From: Okamejei kenojei
Lineage: Eukaryota
DNA: 64,000 nt
Assembly: GCA_035221665.1 (NCBI GenBank)
Contig: CM069156.1
Span: 27,466,001 to 27,530,000, forward strand
Reading direction: 5' to 3'
In this document: in pieces, positions 25,938 to 38,212 of the stretch
Layout of the letters: every line of letters begins with the position of its first letter
How positions within the stretch are numbered: position 1 is the stretch's first letter
Notes under the pieces: model-generated
What the model saw: only the letters and a program-made list of their open reading frames with translations
The model's database searches: none
Told to the model about the DNA's origin: nothing
Program-made: the position numbers and the translations under genes

Positions 25938-27076
25938 TCTATCTATCTTCTATNNNNNNNNNNNNNNNNNNNNNNNNNNNNNNNNNNNNNNNNNNNNNNN
26001 NNNNNNNNNNNNNNNNNNNNNNNNNNNNNNNNNNNNNNNNNNNNNNNNNNNNNNNNNNNNNNNNNNNNNNNNNNNNNNNNNNNNNNNNNNNNNNNNNNNN
26101 NNNNNNNNNNNNNNNNNNNATTTATTGTTATATTATATTATATATTATATATTATATATAATATATATTATCATTATATATTATATTATTTTATTATTTT
26201 GTATTAATTTATTATTATTTTATTATACATAACTAAAACTCTCACCTTATCTTCCAGTTTGTGCGGTCTCTCTGTTTGCGCAAAAACGGTTCACGATAGC
26301 GCTATGATTTTTCGCCAGTTCATTCACCGTTCTTCTATGCTGTGATTGCACCAAGTTTCGTTCTAATTGGTTGAATGTCGTAAAAGTTAGCGAGGTTTAA
26401 AATATCTTAAAAACCAAGCGTGCACAGATCGATCTCTTCTCCTGCCGTTCAGCGCTGCCCAGATTAGTTTCTTTCCCTGTCACTCACCGGGATGGTCCGC
26501 CCCTTCCTGCGCCATCGCGTCTTTGCTGGAGCTGAGGCTGGCCGGCGGAGGTTTCCAACCGGACACAATTTTCGGAGGGACCCGAAGCAGCCCAGTCTCG
26601 AGTAGCCCAGTGCGAGCAGCTCAGCGTCGGAGACCCAACCCAGCGTCAGAGACCCTGCCCAGCCCAGCGTGGGAGTCCCAGCCCAGCACGGAGTCAGAGA
26701 TGACGCTGATGTCGCCAAACGGAAAGGGGAGACTCTGATCCAGGCAGAGGAGAACAACGAGTGACCAGCGCCCGCTGTGCGTTCCCATCGCACCGCCAAT
26801 TCCAGCCATTACCCCTCTGGTCCCCCTCGCTGGCTCCTCCCCCCCTCCCCTGTGATACCCCTCTCTCGCCCATGGCTCTTCCCTGTCTTTTCCCCCAAGT
26901 TCACTCCCATACATGAAGAGGATGGGGAGGGAGTGCTCAGGGATGAGGGGAAATGAGCCGCGCCTGCGCAGTTAGGGGCTATGGGTGAGTGGTGGAATAT
27001 TGCGTTGGGGAACGGGTTGCGTTGGGGGACCAGGCCTCCCGTGTGACTGGAATCCAACGGGTCCCACGTAGTCTTG
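25938..27076 (+). mobile_element. Non-autonomous Helitron-like element spanning the assembly gap
   Basis: A|TC start followed by a TA-rich microsatellite, CpG-rich body, subterminal hairpin tggaatcc-aac-gggtccca (27048-27066), CTTG|T end (consensus CTRR), no TSD. Confidence 0.6.
25954..26119. other. Assembly gap (166 N)
   Basis: Run of N next to an AT-rich low-complexity tract. Confidence 1.
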
Positions 27077-27569
27077 TACATTTTAAAGATTTGGGCTGTT
27101 CTGCAAAACACTTTACAAATGCTCCTTTTTCAAAAATAATCTCGATATATCGATATATAAGTTTTATGTTCAGCTGCCGTTGTAAAACCATGGCAATGGC
27201 AGCGTTGCTCATTATACAAGCTTGTTATTAGCAAATGAATTTTGGTATTGTGGGAGCAGTTGGCATGACCATGTTATTGTGTAGAATGTATCAGTATTGA
27301 ACCTCACTGACAACTAAGGAATAGTGTTTTATTTCCAAGTCAGTGTAATGTATGGTTTGGTGGAGAACCTAGGGATGGTGGTGTCCCCAACAATGTCCTT
27401 TACTCTTTCAAGGTGGTAGAGTTTGGGAGATACTCTAGAGAAGAAGCCATGATGTGTTGCTGTGGTGCGTATTTAAATGGCCCTGACTGCAGCCAGCATG
27501 AGCCATATTGAAGGTGGGTGTCAACCTAGCAAGCCATTTTGTCCATTTTGGCATACTTCTTCAACGACG

Positions 27570-27681
27570 CCACACTAAATATTCTATCAAACTTGTGATA
27601 TGCCTCATAAGTGATGGAGATTAATCTTAATCTCCATCGCTTACGAGGCATATCACAAGTTTGATAGAATATTTAGTGCGG
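27570..27681. repeat. Near-perfect inverted repeat, 55-bp arms, 2-nt spacer
   Basis: 27570-27624 pairs with 27627-27681 with 3 mismatches. Confidence 0.97.
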
Positions 27682-28394
27682 TTTTATAGGGTCAGGAAGT
27701 GACTCATTCACCACAGAATATCCAGCCTCAGACTTGCTTTGTAGCTTCTGTTGTTCTTGTAGCTTGACTATTTTCAGTAGTCTATAAACAAGAAATGGGA
27801 ATGTGTTCAGAGAGTTCCTGAATACATATGTTTAATTCAATGAAAAATGATTGAGTAACACAAGGTCACTGCCAAGGTCGGGACTGCAGAATGTTGAAAT
27901 ATTTGCCACGGTCCTGAATCTGCTGTTTGAGTTTTGAAATGTGATCATATTTATTTCTTACTCATTGGTGAATGGCATCACTACATTACACTGTCACTGT
28001 GATTTATACCTGCAGTTGATTCATTTGTGAATTTCCTTTAGCGACCATTGAAGTACTGCAGAAAATGCACAGAAAATGTATTGCTTAAGAGAATAGCTTA
28101 ATTAGCCGGCATTTTAAATGAGACATATCTGAATTCCATTTGACATTACTGTACCATGTTGTGATGCAGCACAGCAGAACTTCTATCACTCTTTGTATAA
28201 TTATGTGAGGTCCATGCCCATCTCTGATTTACAGTTCCTTGATTATTGAGGAGTCACGGTGTGGTGCTGTAATACATTTTTAGTTGGCATACATTGCATG
28301 AATCATATTCAAGGCGTCAGATTGACAGAGTTGGGGACGTGGGAGAAAGCTGAAAAATAAAGGTAGTGGTGGGGCAAAGCTTGGCCTCTGATCA

Positions 28395-28722
28395 TTAGAC
28401 AGAGGTTCACTTGCATGATTGCATCTCTTCGAACCCCATCAACTGCATTTAGTGCTCCCAATGTGGTCTCCTCTACGTTGGCAGAATGAAGTGTAGATTT
28501 TGCGACCGCTTTGCTGAACATCTGCACTCCATCTGGCAAGGCCTGCTGGATCACTCGGTTGCAAACCTTTTCAACTCCCCTGCCCATTTTCATACCGACC
28601 TTACTGATCTTGGCCTACGCCATTGCCAGAGAGAGGCTACACTGGAAACTGGGAGAACAGCACCTCATATTCCTCTTCGGTAGTTTACAACCCGACCTAT
28701 GAACATTGAATTCTCCAATTTC
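28395..28722 (+). mobile_element. Decayed Penelope-like GIY-YIG fragment
   Basis: RFCDRFAEHLHSI..VANLFNSPAH and EQHLIFLFGSLQP, homologous to 30860-31171. Confidence 0.85.
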
Positions 28723-29084
28723 CTTTCCCTTTCCCTTCACCGGCCCTCGCACATACATTTCTCCCACCATCTCCCACTACTCTAGTTACCCTGGTCCTTT
28801 CCTCTCTTCCGCACACTCATTTCCCACTCGTTCCATCCCTGGGTCCCCTATTGCACTTAAACCCTCCTCTTCTATTCCTCTCTGAACCTTTTCACCCATA
28901 TCCAACACACTGATTTTACATTTCAGTCCTCCTCTCCTTTCCTTCTGTCTCCTTTTCACTTCTAGCCTTTGTCACTCATTCCATCCATCTGCCAGTCATA
29001 CTGTCTCTAGTATCCAGCTATCACTTGCTAGGCTTTGCCCCAGCCCCTCCTTTTTTTACGCAACTTTCTTTCCTACTCCATTAA

Positions 29085-29865
29085 GGTCATAAGTTCATGT
29101 GAGAGGAGCAGATTTAGGCCATTCAGCCCATCAAGTCTACTCCGCTATTCAATCATGGCTGATCTATCTTTCTCTCTCAACCCCATTCTCCCGCACCTTC
29201 TCTTCATAGCCCCTGATCAAGAACCTATCTATCTCCATCTTAATTATATCCATTGACTTGGCCTCCACAGCCTTATGTGCCAATGATTCCACAGATCCAC
29301 CGCCTCTAAACAAAATCCTCTTCATCTCCTTCCTAAAGGAACATCCTTTTATTCTCAGGCTATGGCCTCTTGTCCTAGAATCTCCCACTAGTGGAAACAT
29401 CCTCTCCAAATCCACTCTATCCAGGCATTAGTGTGAAGCATCCCGATGTTTTTTTGATTAGTAATCTAACAGTGACTTTGAATGACATAGAAACATAGAA
29501 ACATAGAAAATAGGTGCAGGAATAGGCCATTCAGCCCTTTGAGCCTGCACCGCCATTCAATATGATCATGGCTGATCATCCAACTCAGTACCCCGTACCT
29601 GCCTTCTCTCCATACCCCCTGATCCCTCTAGCCACAAGGGCCACATCTAAATCCCTCTTAAATATAGCCAATGAACTGGCCTCAACTTCCTTCTGTGGCA
29701 GAGAATTCCAGAGACTCGCCACTCTCTGTGTGAAAAATGTTTTTCTCATCTCGGTCCTAAAAGATTTCCCCCTTATCCTCAAACTGTGATCCCTTGTCCT
29801 GGACTTCCCCAACATCGGGAACAATCTTCCTGCATCTAGCCTGTCCAACCCCTTAAGAATTTTGT
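29085..29865 (-). mobile_element. Two adjacent CR1/HER1 3' fragments
   Basis: Minus-strand ORFs RMFPLVGDSRTRGHSLR and YKILKGLDRLDAGRLFP..FFTQRVASLWNSLP; (acatagaa)n tail near 29486. Confidence 0.9.
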
Positions 29866-30579
29866 AATTGATGACAGATAAATGTTGACTGGAGCTTTCC
29901 TTCGCTTCTTTGAAATACACCGTGGGATCATTAATATCTCTCTGAGAGGGCAGCTATAGTCTTGGTTGGACATTCATTAAAAGACTGCACAAGTAACAGT
30001 GCAGCACTCCCTCAATACTGTGGTGAGGTGTTAGCTCAGATGTTTGTCCATGAGTTGATGGTCTATGCCTCTGATACAGTCAAGTGTGCGAGAACTGAGC
30101 TGATGTCCTGTGCACTTGTCTGTGGTGAGTTAATGAACACCAACAAGAGGCAGATTTAAAATGTGAACCCCAGCCTTGGCTGGGTTAGAATAAGCACGTC
30201 TCTAGGATCTTGAGTGAGGCAAAAAATAGCTAAAGCTTTGGAAATCTATGCGATGTTCAGCAGTTCAATCAAAGATTCCAATTACCTCTTCTCGTGTAAC
30301 CAACCGATGCTCACTGTCCAGAAATAAAAAGAGGAGATTCTAGAAATGCTCAGCAAGGCTGTTTGCTTTTAAACTCAATGTTCAGAAATTGGCAGACACC
30401 TGGCTACTGGATTGAACGGCAACCAGTCATGAATGAATGAAACCCCATTCCAATGAGAATCATTAGCTTCAGTAGAGAAAGAGAGAAACATTGGGAAAAA
30501 TATAGCAGGGAGAGTTGAGATTTCAGTTATAATCCATTGCAAAACTATATATTTAATGGATAAATTCATCAATCCCACA

Positions 30580-31370
30580 CTGCCCCTTGTCCTCACCTTC
30601 CACCCTACCAGCCATCACATACAACAAATAATCCTCCAAAGTTTTCACCACCTCCAACGGGATCCCACCACTGGTCACATCTTCCCATCTCCTCCCCTTT
30701 CGGCTTTCCGCAGAGACCGCTCCCTCCGTAACTCCCTGCTCAATTCGTCCTTTCCCACCCAAACCTCCTGGCGCTTTCCCTTGCAACCGCAGGAAATGCC
30801 GCACTTGTCGTTTTACCTCCCTCCTTGACTCCATCCAAGGACCCAAGCAGACTTTCCAGGTGCGGCAGAGTTTCACCTGCACCTCCTCCAACCTCATCTA
30901 TTGCATCCACTGCTCTAGGTGTCAGTTGCTCAACATCGGTGAGACCAAGCGCAGGCTTGGCGATCGCTTCGCCCAACACCTCCGCTCGGTTCGCAATAAC
31001 CAACCTGATCTCCCGGTGGCTCAGCACTTCAACTCCCCCTCCCATTCCGAATCCGACCTTTCTGTTCTGGGCCAGAGTGAGGCCCACCATGAATTGGAGG
31101 AGCAGCACCTCCTATTTCGCTTGCGTAGTTTACACCCCAGCGGTACGAACGACTTCTCCAATTTCAGGTAGTCCCTGCCTTCTCCTTCTTTCTCCTCCCC
31201 TTCCCAGCTCTCCCACAGCCCACTGTCTTCGCCTCTTCCTTTGTTCTTTCCACCCCCCCAGCCCCACATCAGTCTGAAGAAGGGTTTCAACCCGAAACGT
31301 CGTCTATTTCCTTCGATCCATAGATGCTGCATCCCCCGCTGAGTTTCTCCAGCATTTTTGTTTACCTTGT
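30580..31370 (+). mobile_element. Penelope-like element 3' fragment (GIY-YIG endonuclease + terminal repeat with hammerhead motif)
   Basis: ORF 30860-31171 FTCTSSNLIYCIHCSRCQLLNIGETKRRLGDRFAQH..PVAQHFNSPSH, upstream PLVLTFHP motif, terminal ctgaaga..gaaacgtc. Confidence 0.9.
31271..31305 (+). ncRNA. Minimal type I hammerhead ribozyme motif (Penelope-associated)
   Basis: CTGAAGA (31274-80), an extra A, stem II GGGTT-TC-AACCC, GAAA, palindromic ACGT mini-stem III, GTC cleavage triplet. Stem I pairing is weak and activity is untested. Confidence 0.6.
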
Positions 31371-32499
31371 ATGGTTGTAATGTGTTTTAGATCATCCTGA
31401 TATCATTAAGGGAGCTGCATAAATGAAAGTCTTCCTTTTGGATTCATTTCTGAGATAATCCAGGTATATGTCAAATTCCACTGAATTTTTAATGGAATTT
31501 TGAAGGATTTAAGTTGGTGTTTGACACCTCTCCGTAACTTAAAGCAGTAGCCTTATTCCTGGTCAGTCAGATGGAGGTACTTTAAATTTAAATCAGTGCT
31601 TCAATTGTACATCATGGACCCAGTACTCCTGTGAATGCTGATTAAAGTTTTCATAAACAGTCAAAATATAGCCAGAAGTTCCGTTCAAGTCAGATTTGCG
31701 TCCAAATTCTCAGTGGTGATATAAACTCGAGGCACTCTTACAGAACTCAATACAAAGCCGCTGTTATAGAAATAGGTTAGTTACTGAAAGTTCTGAGACA
31801 GTAACAGGACACACTGCCAATCCTGGGAGGAAAAGTACACTTTTAATGGTGGATGTTAAAGAAATAAGGCTTGCATTTACATCTGACCCTCCCTACCCTC
31901 CCTGTGCTTCCAGCAAGGGATTGCCAGGTGGCAACAAAAAAGGGCAAAGAAGCCCATTTTATTTATTTTCCATAATGAAGGAGAACTGAGCCATTTGTAG
32001 CAATGTTCCGAACAAAACCTATGTCAGATTGAGAGCGAGTAATACTGTAGGTTGATACATCTCATCACTTAGTAGATGTTACAGGATGACATTGCAGGAT
32101 TCTGAAGAAGGATCCCAACCCAAATTTCATCTGTCCATTCCCTCCACAGATGCTGCCTGACCCGTTGAGTTCCTCCAGCACTTTGTATTTTGTTCAGGTT
32201 TCTTACCATTGTTTTAACAAAGCAGTGGCGCCAGCAGTTTGGAGGACTGCAAGCATTATACCTTCTTTTCAAAACGAGATGAACAGATAAACCAAGTAAA
32301 CAGATTAATTAGTTTAACTTTGGCAATGCTAAAAGTGTTGGAATCAATGTTGAGGCATGGTATAAACCTGCAGAAAGGTACGGGTGACATTTCGGGTCGA
32401 GACCTTTCTTTTTATCCAGAGATGCTGCCTGTCCCACTAAATTACTCCAGCATTTTGTGCCTGGTATCGGTGTAAACCAGCATCTGCAGTTTCTTCCTA

Positions 32500-33060
32500 C
32501 ACGGTTTAAAAAGGTACAGTCAGCATGGATTTGTCAAGGAATTGTTGACATTTTGAGGAATGATCAAGGCAGGGTCTGTGTTTGATTTAACCTTTAGAAA
32601 GGTTTCTGACAAAGTCCTATATGGTAGGTTGGTCAACAAAATAAAAGCCCAAGTGAACCAAGAGAGAGTCACCAATTATGCTTAGGGAATGGGTCACAGT
32701 CACCAAGGTGCTCTTGCAACTGGAAGATAAGTGTCCACAGGGCTCAATACCTGGCTCTTTGCTTTTATGGGAAATCTTAACGATTCAAACTTAAACGTAG
32801 GAGGCAAATGAAAGATGTGTGTAGATGATGCAAAGAAAAAATCGTATGGTTGAGGAACACTCCCTACAGCAAGGATATGAATGCTCCATTCAATTAGCAA
32901 GGAAAATAGCAAATGGAATTTAATCCATGGAAGAGTAAGAAAAAAGCAAATGGAATGGAGATACCAGATGTTAAGCAAATGTATACTGAATGAAATGGCA
33001 TGGAGGATCAAAGGGACCCTGGATCTATGTCCACAAATCCTGATAAAGGTAACAGAACAG
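32500..33060 (+). mobile_element. Older decayed CR1 RT fragment
   Basis: cagtcagcatggatttgtcaagg (QHGFVK), gacaaagtcctatatggtagg (DKVPxGRL) and gatgatgcaaag remnants. Confidence 0.65.
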
Positions 33061-34110
33061 ATTAGTATGGGGTTTAACGTGTGGGTTTCAACTAAATAGT
33101 GGGGGAGGGATTGACAAATTGGGAGTATAAAGATGGAGTTGAAGGGGAAGTGACTATAGGAAACGTTACAAAAGACTCTCGAAATAATGGGAAGGAAAGT
33201 TCGAGAAGGGGTAAGAGATTAAGGTCAGGGGCAATTGTGAGCGGTGCGAGAGGGGAGGTGAATACCGAGGTCAACGTGTTGTATATGAATGTGTGAAGTA
33301 TAAGAAATAAAGTGGACGAGCTTAGAAATTGGCAAGTATGATGTGGGAATTACAGAGTCATGGCTGCAAAAGGGCCAGGGCTGGGAACTGAATATTCAAG
33401 GGAATACCTTTTATCGAAAAGACAGACAGGTGGGCAGGGGGGGTGGGGTAGCTCTGTTGGTGAGGAATGAAATTCAGTCCCTTGCAAGGGGTGACATTGA
33501 AACAGGAGACATGGAGTCAGTATGGATAGAATTAAGGAATTGTAAAGGTAAAAAAACCCTAATGGGACTTATCTACAGGCCCCCAAACAGTAGTCTGAAT
33601 ATAGGGTGCAAGTTGAATCTGGAGTTAAAATTGGCATGTAGTAAAGGTAATGCTACGGTTGTTATGGGATATTTCATCATGCAGGTGGACTGGGACAATC
33701 AGGTTGGTACTGGACCCCAAGATAGGGAGTTTGTGGAGTACTTCCGTGATGGATTCTTAGAACAGTTTGTATTGTAGCCTACCAGGGAGAAGGCAATTCT
33801 GGATTTAGTGTTATGTAATGAACCAGATTTGATAAATGCACTTGAGGTCAGGGAACCATGAGGAGGTAGTGACCATAATATGGTCAAGTTTAATCTACAA
33901 TTGGAGAGGGAGAAGGGTAAATCGGAGGTGTTGGTGTTACAGTTGAGTAAAGGGGACTATGGATCCATGAGGGAGGAGCGGGCCTAAGTTGACTGGAAAG
34001 ATACCTAGCAGGGATGACAGCAGAACAACAATGGCAGGTATTTCTGGGAATAATACAGAAGGTGCAGGATCAGTTCATCCCAAAGAGGAAGAAAGATTCC
34101 AAGTGGAGTA

Positions 34111-34820
34111 ACAGTAAAGTAAAGTAAAGTATCCTTTATTGTCATTCAGAACTTTTGGTCTGAACAAAATTTCGTTACCTTGCAGTCATAACATATAATA
34201 AAAAACAAAGCACACAATAAACATATATTTAACATCCACCACAGTGAGTTCACCAGGCAACTCCTCACTGTGGTAGAAGACAAAAGTCTTAAAGTCATTG
34301 TCTTCTTCCCTCCTTGTTCTCCCTCTACGCTGAGGCGATCCAGGCCTCCGATGTTATCGCCCACTAGGCCCGCGGCCGAGCCTCCGAAGCCGGGCTGCCG
34401 CCACCGCCGTCGCCGGAACGCTGGAACACCGCCACAGCTCTGAAGCAGGGTCCACCGCTGGAACGCTGGAGCACCGCAGCTCTGAAGCCGGGTCGCCGCT
34501 GGAACGCCACTGCTGGAACGCTGGAGCGCCGCAGCTCTGAAGCCGGGTCGCTGCTGGAACGCCACCGCTGGAGCACCGCAGCTCTGAAGCCGGGCCGCCG
34601 CCACCGCTGGAAAGCTGAAACGTCGCCACAAGCTCCGAGGCCGCCAGCTCCGCCATTAGGCCACAGCACAGACGGATACGGTGACGGGGACACGACAAGA
34701 AAAGTCACCACCCCCCCCACACACATACACAGCCTAATAAACCAAAATTCTAACTAAAACAGACACAAGAAGACAAAAAGAAAAGAAAAAACAGACGGAC
34801 TACAGGTGAGCCGCAGTTGC
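34111..34820 (-). mobile_element. Nested non-autonomous retroelement with a Rex1-like 3' tail and an internal GC-rich minisatellite
   Basis: Splits the CR1 ORF2 between gtggagtaa and aggcaaccgtgg (RQPWL). Begins with an (aaagt)n tail and tttattgtca...ttaccttgcag, similar to the Rex1-like tails near 18715 and 51085. Confidence 0.7.
34380..34642. repeat. GC-rich minisatellite with 42-55 bp variable units
   Basis: Anchor cagctctgaagc at 34435, 34477, 34532 and 34579, with gctggaac/gctggagc subunits. Confidence 0.9.
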
Positions 34821-37309
34821 CAGGCAACCGTGGCTGACAAGGGACGTCAGGGACAGTATAAAAATAAAAGAGAAGAAGTACAACGTAGCAAAGATGAGCG
34901 GGAAGCAAGAGGATTGGGTAATGTTTAAAGAGCAACAGAAGATAACTAAAAAGGCAATACGTGGAGAAAAGATGAGGTACGAAGGTAAGCTAGCCAAGAA
35001 TATAAAGGAGGATAGTAAAAGCTTCTTTAGGTATGTGAAGAGGAAATAATTAGTTAAGACTAAAGTTGGACCCTTGAAGATAGAAAAAGGTGAATTTATT
35101 ATGGGGAACAAGGAAATGGCAGATGAGTTGAACAGGTACTTTGGATCCGTCTTCAATAAGGACACAAACAATCTTCCTGATGTACTAGTGGCCAGAGGAT
35201 CCGGGGTGACGGAGGAAATGAAGGAAATCCACATTAGGCAGGAAAAGGTGTTGGGTAGACTGATGGGACTGAAGGCTGATAAATCCCCAGGGCCTGATGG
35301 TCTGCATCCCAGGGTACTTCGGGAAGTGGCTCTAGAAATTGTGGATGCAATGGTGATAATTTTCCATTGTTCTATAGATTCAGGATCAGTTCCTGTGGAT
35401 TGGAGGGTAGCTAATGCTATCCAACTTTTTCAGAAAGGCGGGAGAGAGAAAACAGGGAATTATAGACCAGTTAGCCTGACATCGGTGGTGGGGAAGATGC
35501 TGGAGTCAATTATAAAAGATGAAATAGCGGCACATTTGGATAGCAGTAACAGGATCAGTCAGAGTCAGCATGGATTTACGAAGGGGAAATCATGCTTGAC
35601 TAATCTTCTGGAATTTTTTGAGGATGTAACTAGGAAAATGGACAAGGGAGAGCCAGTGGATGTACCCGGACTTTCAGAAAGCACTTGATAAGGTCCCACA
35701 TAGGAGAATCGTGGGCCAAATTAGGGCACATGGTATTGGGGGTAGAGTGCTGACATGGATAGAAAATTGGTTGGCAGACAGGAAACAAAGAGTAGGGATT
35801 AACGTGTCCCTTTCAGAATGGCAGGCAGTGACTACTGGGGTACCGCAAGGCTCGGTGCTGGGACCGCAGCTATTTACAATATACATCAATGATTTAGATG
35901 AAGGGATTCAAAGTAACATTAGTAAATTTGCAGATGACACAAAGCTGGGTGGCAGTGTCAACTGTGAGGAGGATGCTATGAGAATGCAGAGTGACTTGGA
36001 CAGGTTGTGTGAGTGGGCAGATGCATGGCAGATGCAGTTTAATGTGGATAAATGTGAGGTTATCCACTTTGGTAGAAAAACAGGAAGGCAGATTACGATC
36101 TGAATGGTGTCAAGTTGGGAAAAGGGGAAGTACAACAACATCTGGGGGGTCCTTGTTCATCAGTCAATGGAAGTAAGCTGGCGGTGAAGAGAGCAAATGG
36201 CATGTTGGCCTTTATAGCAAGGGGACTTGAGTATAGGAGCAAAGAAGTCCTTCTGCAGATGTTTAGGGCCCTAGTGGGACCACACCTGCAGATTTGGTCC
36301 CCTAATTTGAGGAAGGACATTCTTGCTATTGAGGGAGTGCAGCATAGATTTACAAGGTTAATTCCCAGGATGGCAGAAGTCATATGCTGAGAGAATGGAA
36401 TGGCTGGGCTTGTATACTCTGGAGTTTAGAAGGATGAGAGGGCATCTCATTGAAACATATAAGATTATTAAGGGTTTGGACACGCTAGAGGCAGGAAACA
36501 TGTTCCTGATGTTGGAGGAGTCCAGAACCAGGGGCCACAGTTTAAGAATAAGGGGTAAGCCATTTAGAATGGGGACGAGGAAACACTTTTTCTCACAGAA
36601 AGTTGTGAGTCTGTGGAATTCTCTGTGTCAGAGGGCGGTGGAGGCCAGTTCTCTGGATACTTTCAAGAGAGAGTTAGATAGGGCTCTTAAAGATAGCGGA
36701 GTCAGGGGATATGGGGAGAAGGCAGGAACGGGGTACTGATTGGAGATGATCAGCCATGATCACATTGAATTGCGGTGCTGGCTCGAAGGGCCGAATGGCC
36801 TACTCCTGCACCTATTGTCTATTGTCCATAGTAAGGTGGATAATAAAACATTGGATATTTTCTCTATTTGTCAATCATAGAATCTAAGGGATAGGAGATT
36901 ATGTTATAACTAGGAAGGACCCATTTCAATTTGCATCAGATTAGCTAGAAGTTGGGGTGGTTCAACTAATTAGTAGAAATATTTGAGGGTAAATGAGAAA
37001 AAAAAAACGTCCAAAAGGTATTAGAAGTCTAGATCCCAATGCTGGAATTAATGCTAGGGGACGGAAAACCTCATTACAATTAAATAGTTTTCAGACAAAT
37101 ACTTGAAGAGCTTGTAACCAGCAGGAATGGGGACCAAGGATTGATGGTAAGATCAGTTCTGAAGAAAGGTTATTTCTGCACAGATGCCTGTGGACTTGCT
37201 GAATTATGTATGGTTGTTTGAAATTTCCAGTATCTGCAGTTTTTGTTTGGCCAGGTACCTCTTTTTTCTTGAAGAGACATCACAGTTCTCAATAGTCTTT
37301 GGGTTCACA

Positions 37310-37628
37310 GCACAGTGGCACAGCTGGTAGAGCTGCTGCCTGACAGTACCAGAGACCTGGGTTTGATCCTGACCTCGGTTGCTGTCTGTGTGGAGTTTGC
37401 ATGTTCTCCCTATGACTGAGTTTCAACGGGTGCTCCGGTTTCCTCCCACATCTCAAAGGCGTGCGGGTTTGTAAGTTATAGTAATTTGCCTCTGTAAAAT
37501 GCCCCATGTTCGTAGGCGGTGGATGTGAAATAAGGATAACAGAACTTGGGTGAATGGCTGATGGATGGTTAGTGTGGACTCAGCCGGCCCAATGGCCTAT
37601 TTCCATGCTGTATCTTTAAATGAAATGG
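37310..37628 (+). mobile_element. V-SINE (HE1-like)
   Basis: Same head, V domain and tail as 22874-23180. Confidence 0.88.
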
Positions 37629-37659
37629 ACAAAAGTCCCAGAAAAATAACTACAGCTCA

Positions 37660-38030
37660 TTTTACAACCTATGTAGTGCTCTTCGAAGTGTAGTCCCTGG
37701 TGTTATGAAGGAAACATGGAAGCCAATACCTGCACAGCAAGACTCCACACTCAGAATATGATACTCATTAGGTAATTTTGCTGCACTTTGTTATAATTTT
37801 CCAGAAGTCTCTGGATAACTATTATGCTTCCCATCAAAGTCATTCCAAGGAACATTTAACATTTTCCTGAGAAAACTGAAAGGACCTTGATCTAATGTCG
37901 TCTTAAGGACAGTACAATATTTTGCCAGTACAGCAGTGGACAGCCCACCTAGATATTTGTGTTCGTGTACACGTTACTGGAATGGGCTTATTAGGCTAAG
38001 ATAGAAGGAAACTGCTAGGCCATAGTTGAC
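37660..38030 (-). mobile_element. Deu-domain SINE remnant (SacSINE1/AmnSINE1-like); others at ~29885-30105 (-), ~39120-39350 (-) and ~43545-43680 (+)
   Basis: Resembles the recalled Deu-domain reverse complement (gaagtgtagtc..tgcacagcaag..ctgagagggcag..acagtgcagcactccctca). Confidence 0.65.
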
Positions 38031-38034
38031 CAAG

Positions 38035-38212
38035 GAAACAAGGAATTGCAAATGCTGGTTTATACCAAAGATAGACATAAAGTGCTGGAGTAACTCTGGG
38101 GGTCAAGCAGCATCTCTGGAAAAAAAGGATAGGTGACGTTTTGGGTTGGGATCCTTCTTCAGACTCTCGAGTCTGACTTGTGCCTGATCCGCTGAGTTAC
38201 TCCAGCACTTTT
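38035..38212. repeat. Penelope-terminus repeat with a partial inverted copy
   Basis: aaagtgctggagtaactc...gagttactccagcacttt with an antisense hammerhead-like core. Confidence 0.75.

Larger units (their letters stand above)
33070..36828 (+). mobile_element. CR1/HER1-like LINE with near-complete but disrupted ORF2 (APE endonuclease + reverse transcriptase), interrupted by an insertion at ~34111-34820
   Basis: EN motifs VLYMNVxSIRNKVDEL, GITESWL, GGGVALLV, GLIYRPPNS. RT motifs KSPGPDGLHPRVL, NYRPVSLTSVVGK, QHGFTKGKSCLTNL, GVPQGSVLGP, KFADDTKL. C-terminal RTRGHSLR..FFSQKVVSLWNSL and a ctattgt-repeat tail. Multiple frameshifts and stops. Confidence 0.95.

Noticed and set aside
27570-27681. Known conserved microRNA
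   Set aside because: No match to mature miRNAs I recognise, the 2-nt loop is atypical, and one arm appears to derive from a LINE remnant.
34146-34726. Three overlapping minus-strand ORFs, or a CRISPR-like array
   Set aside because: A by-product of a GC-rich minisatellite; there are no unique spacers and the context is eukaryotic.
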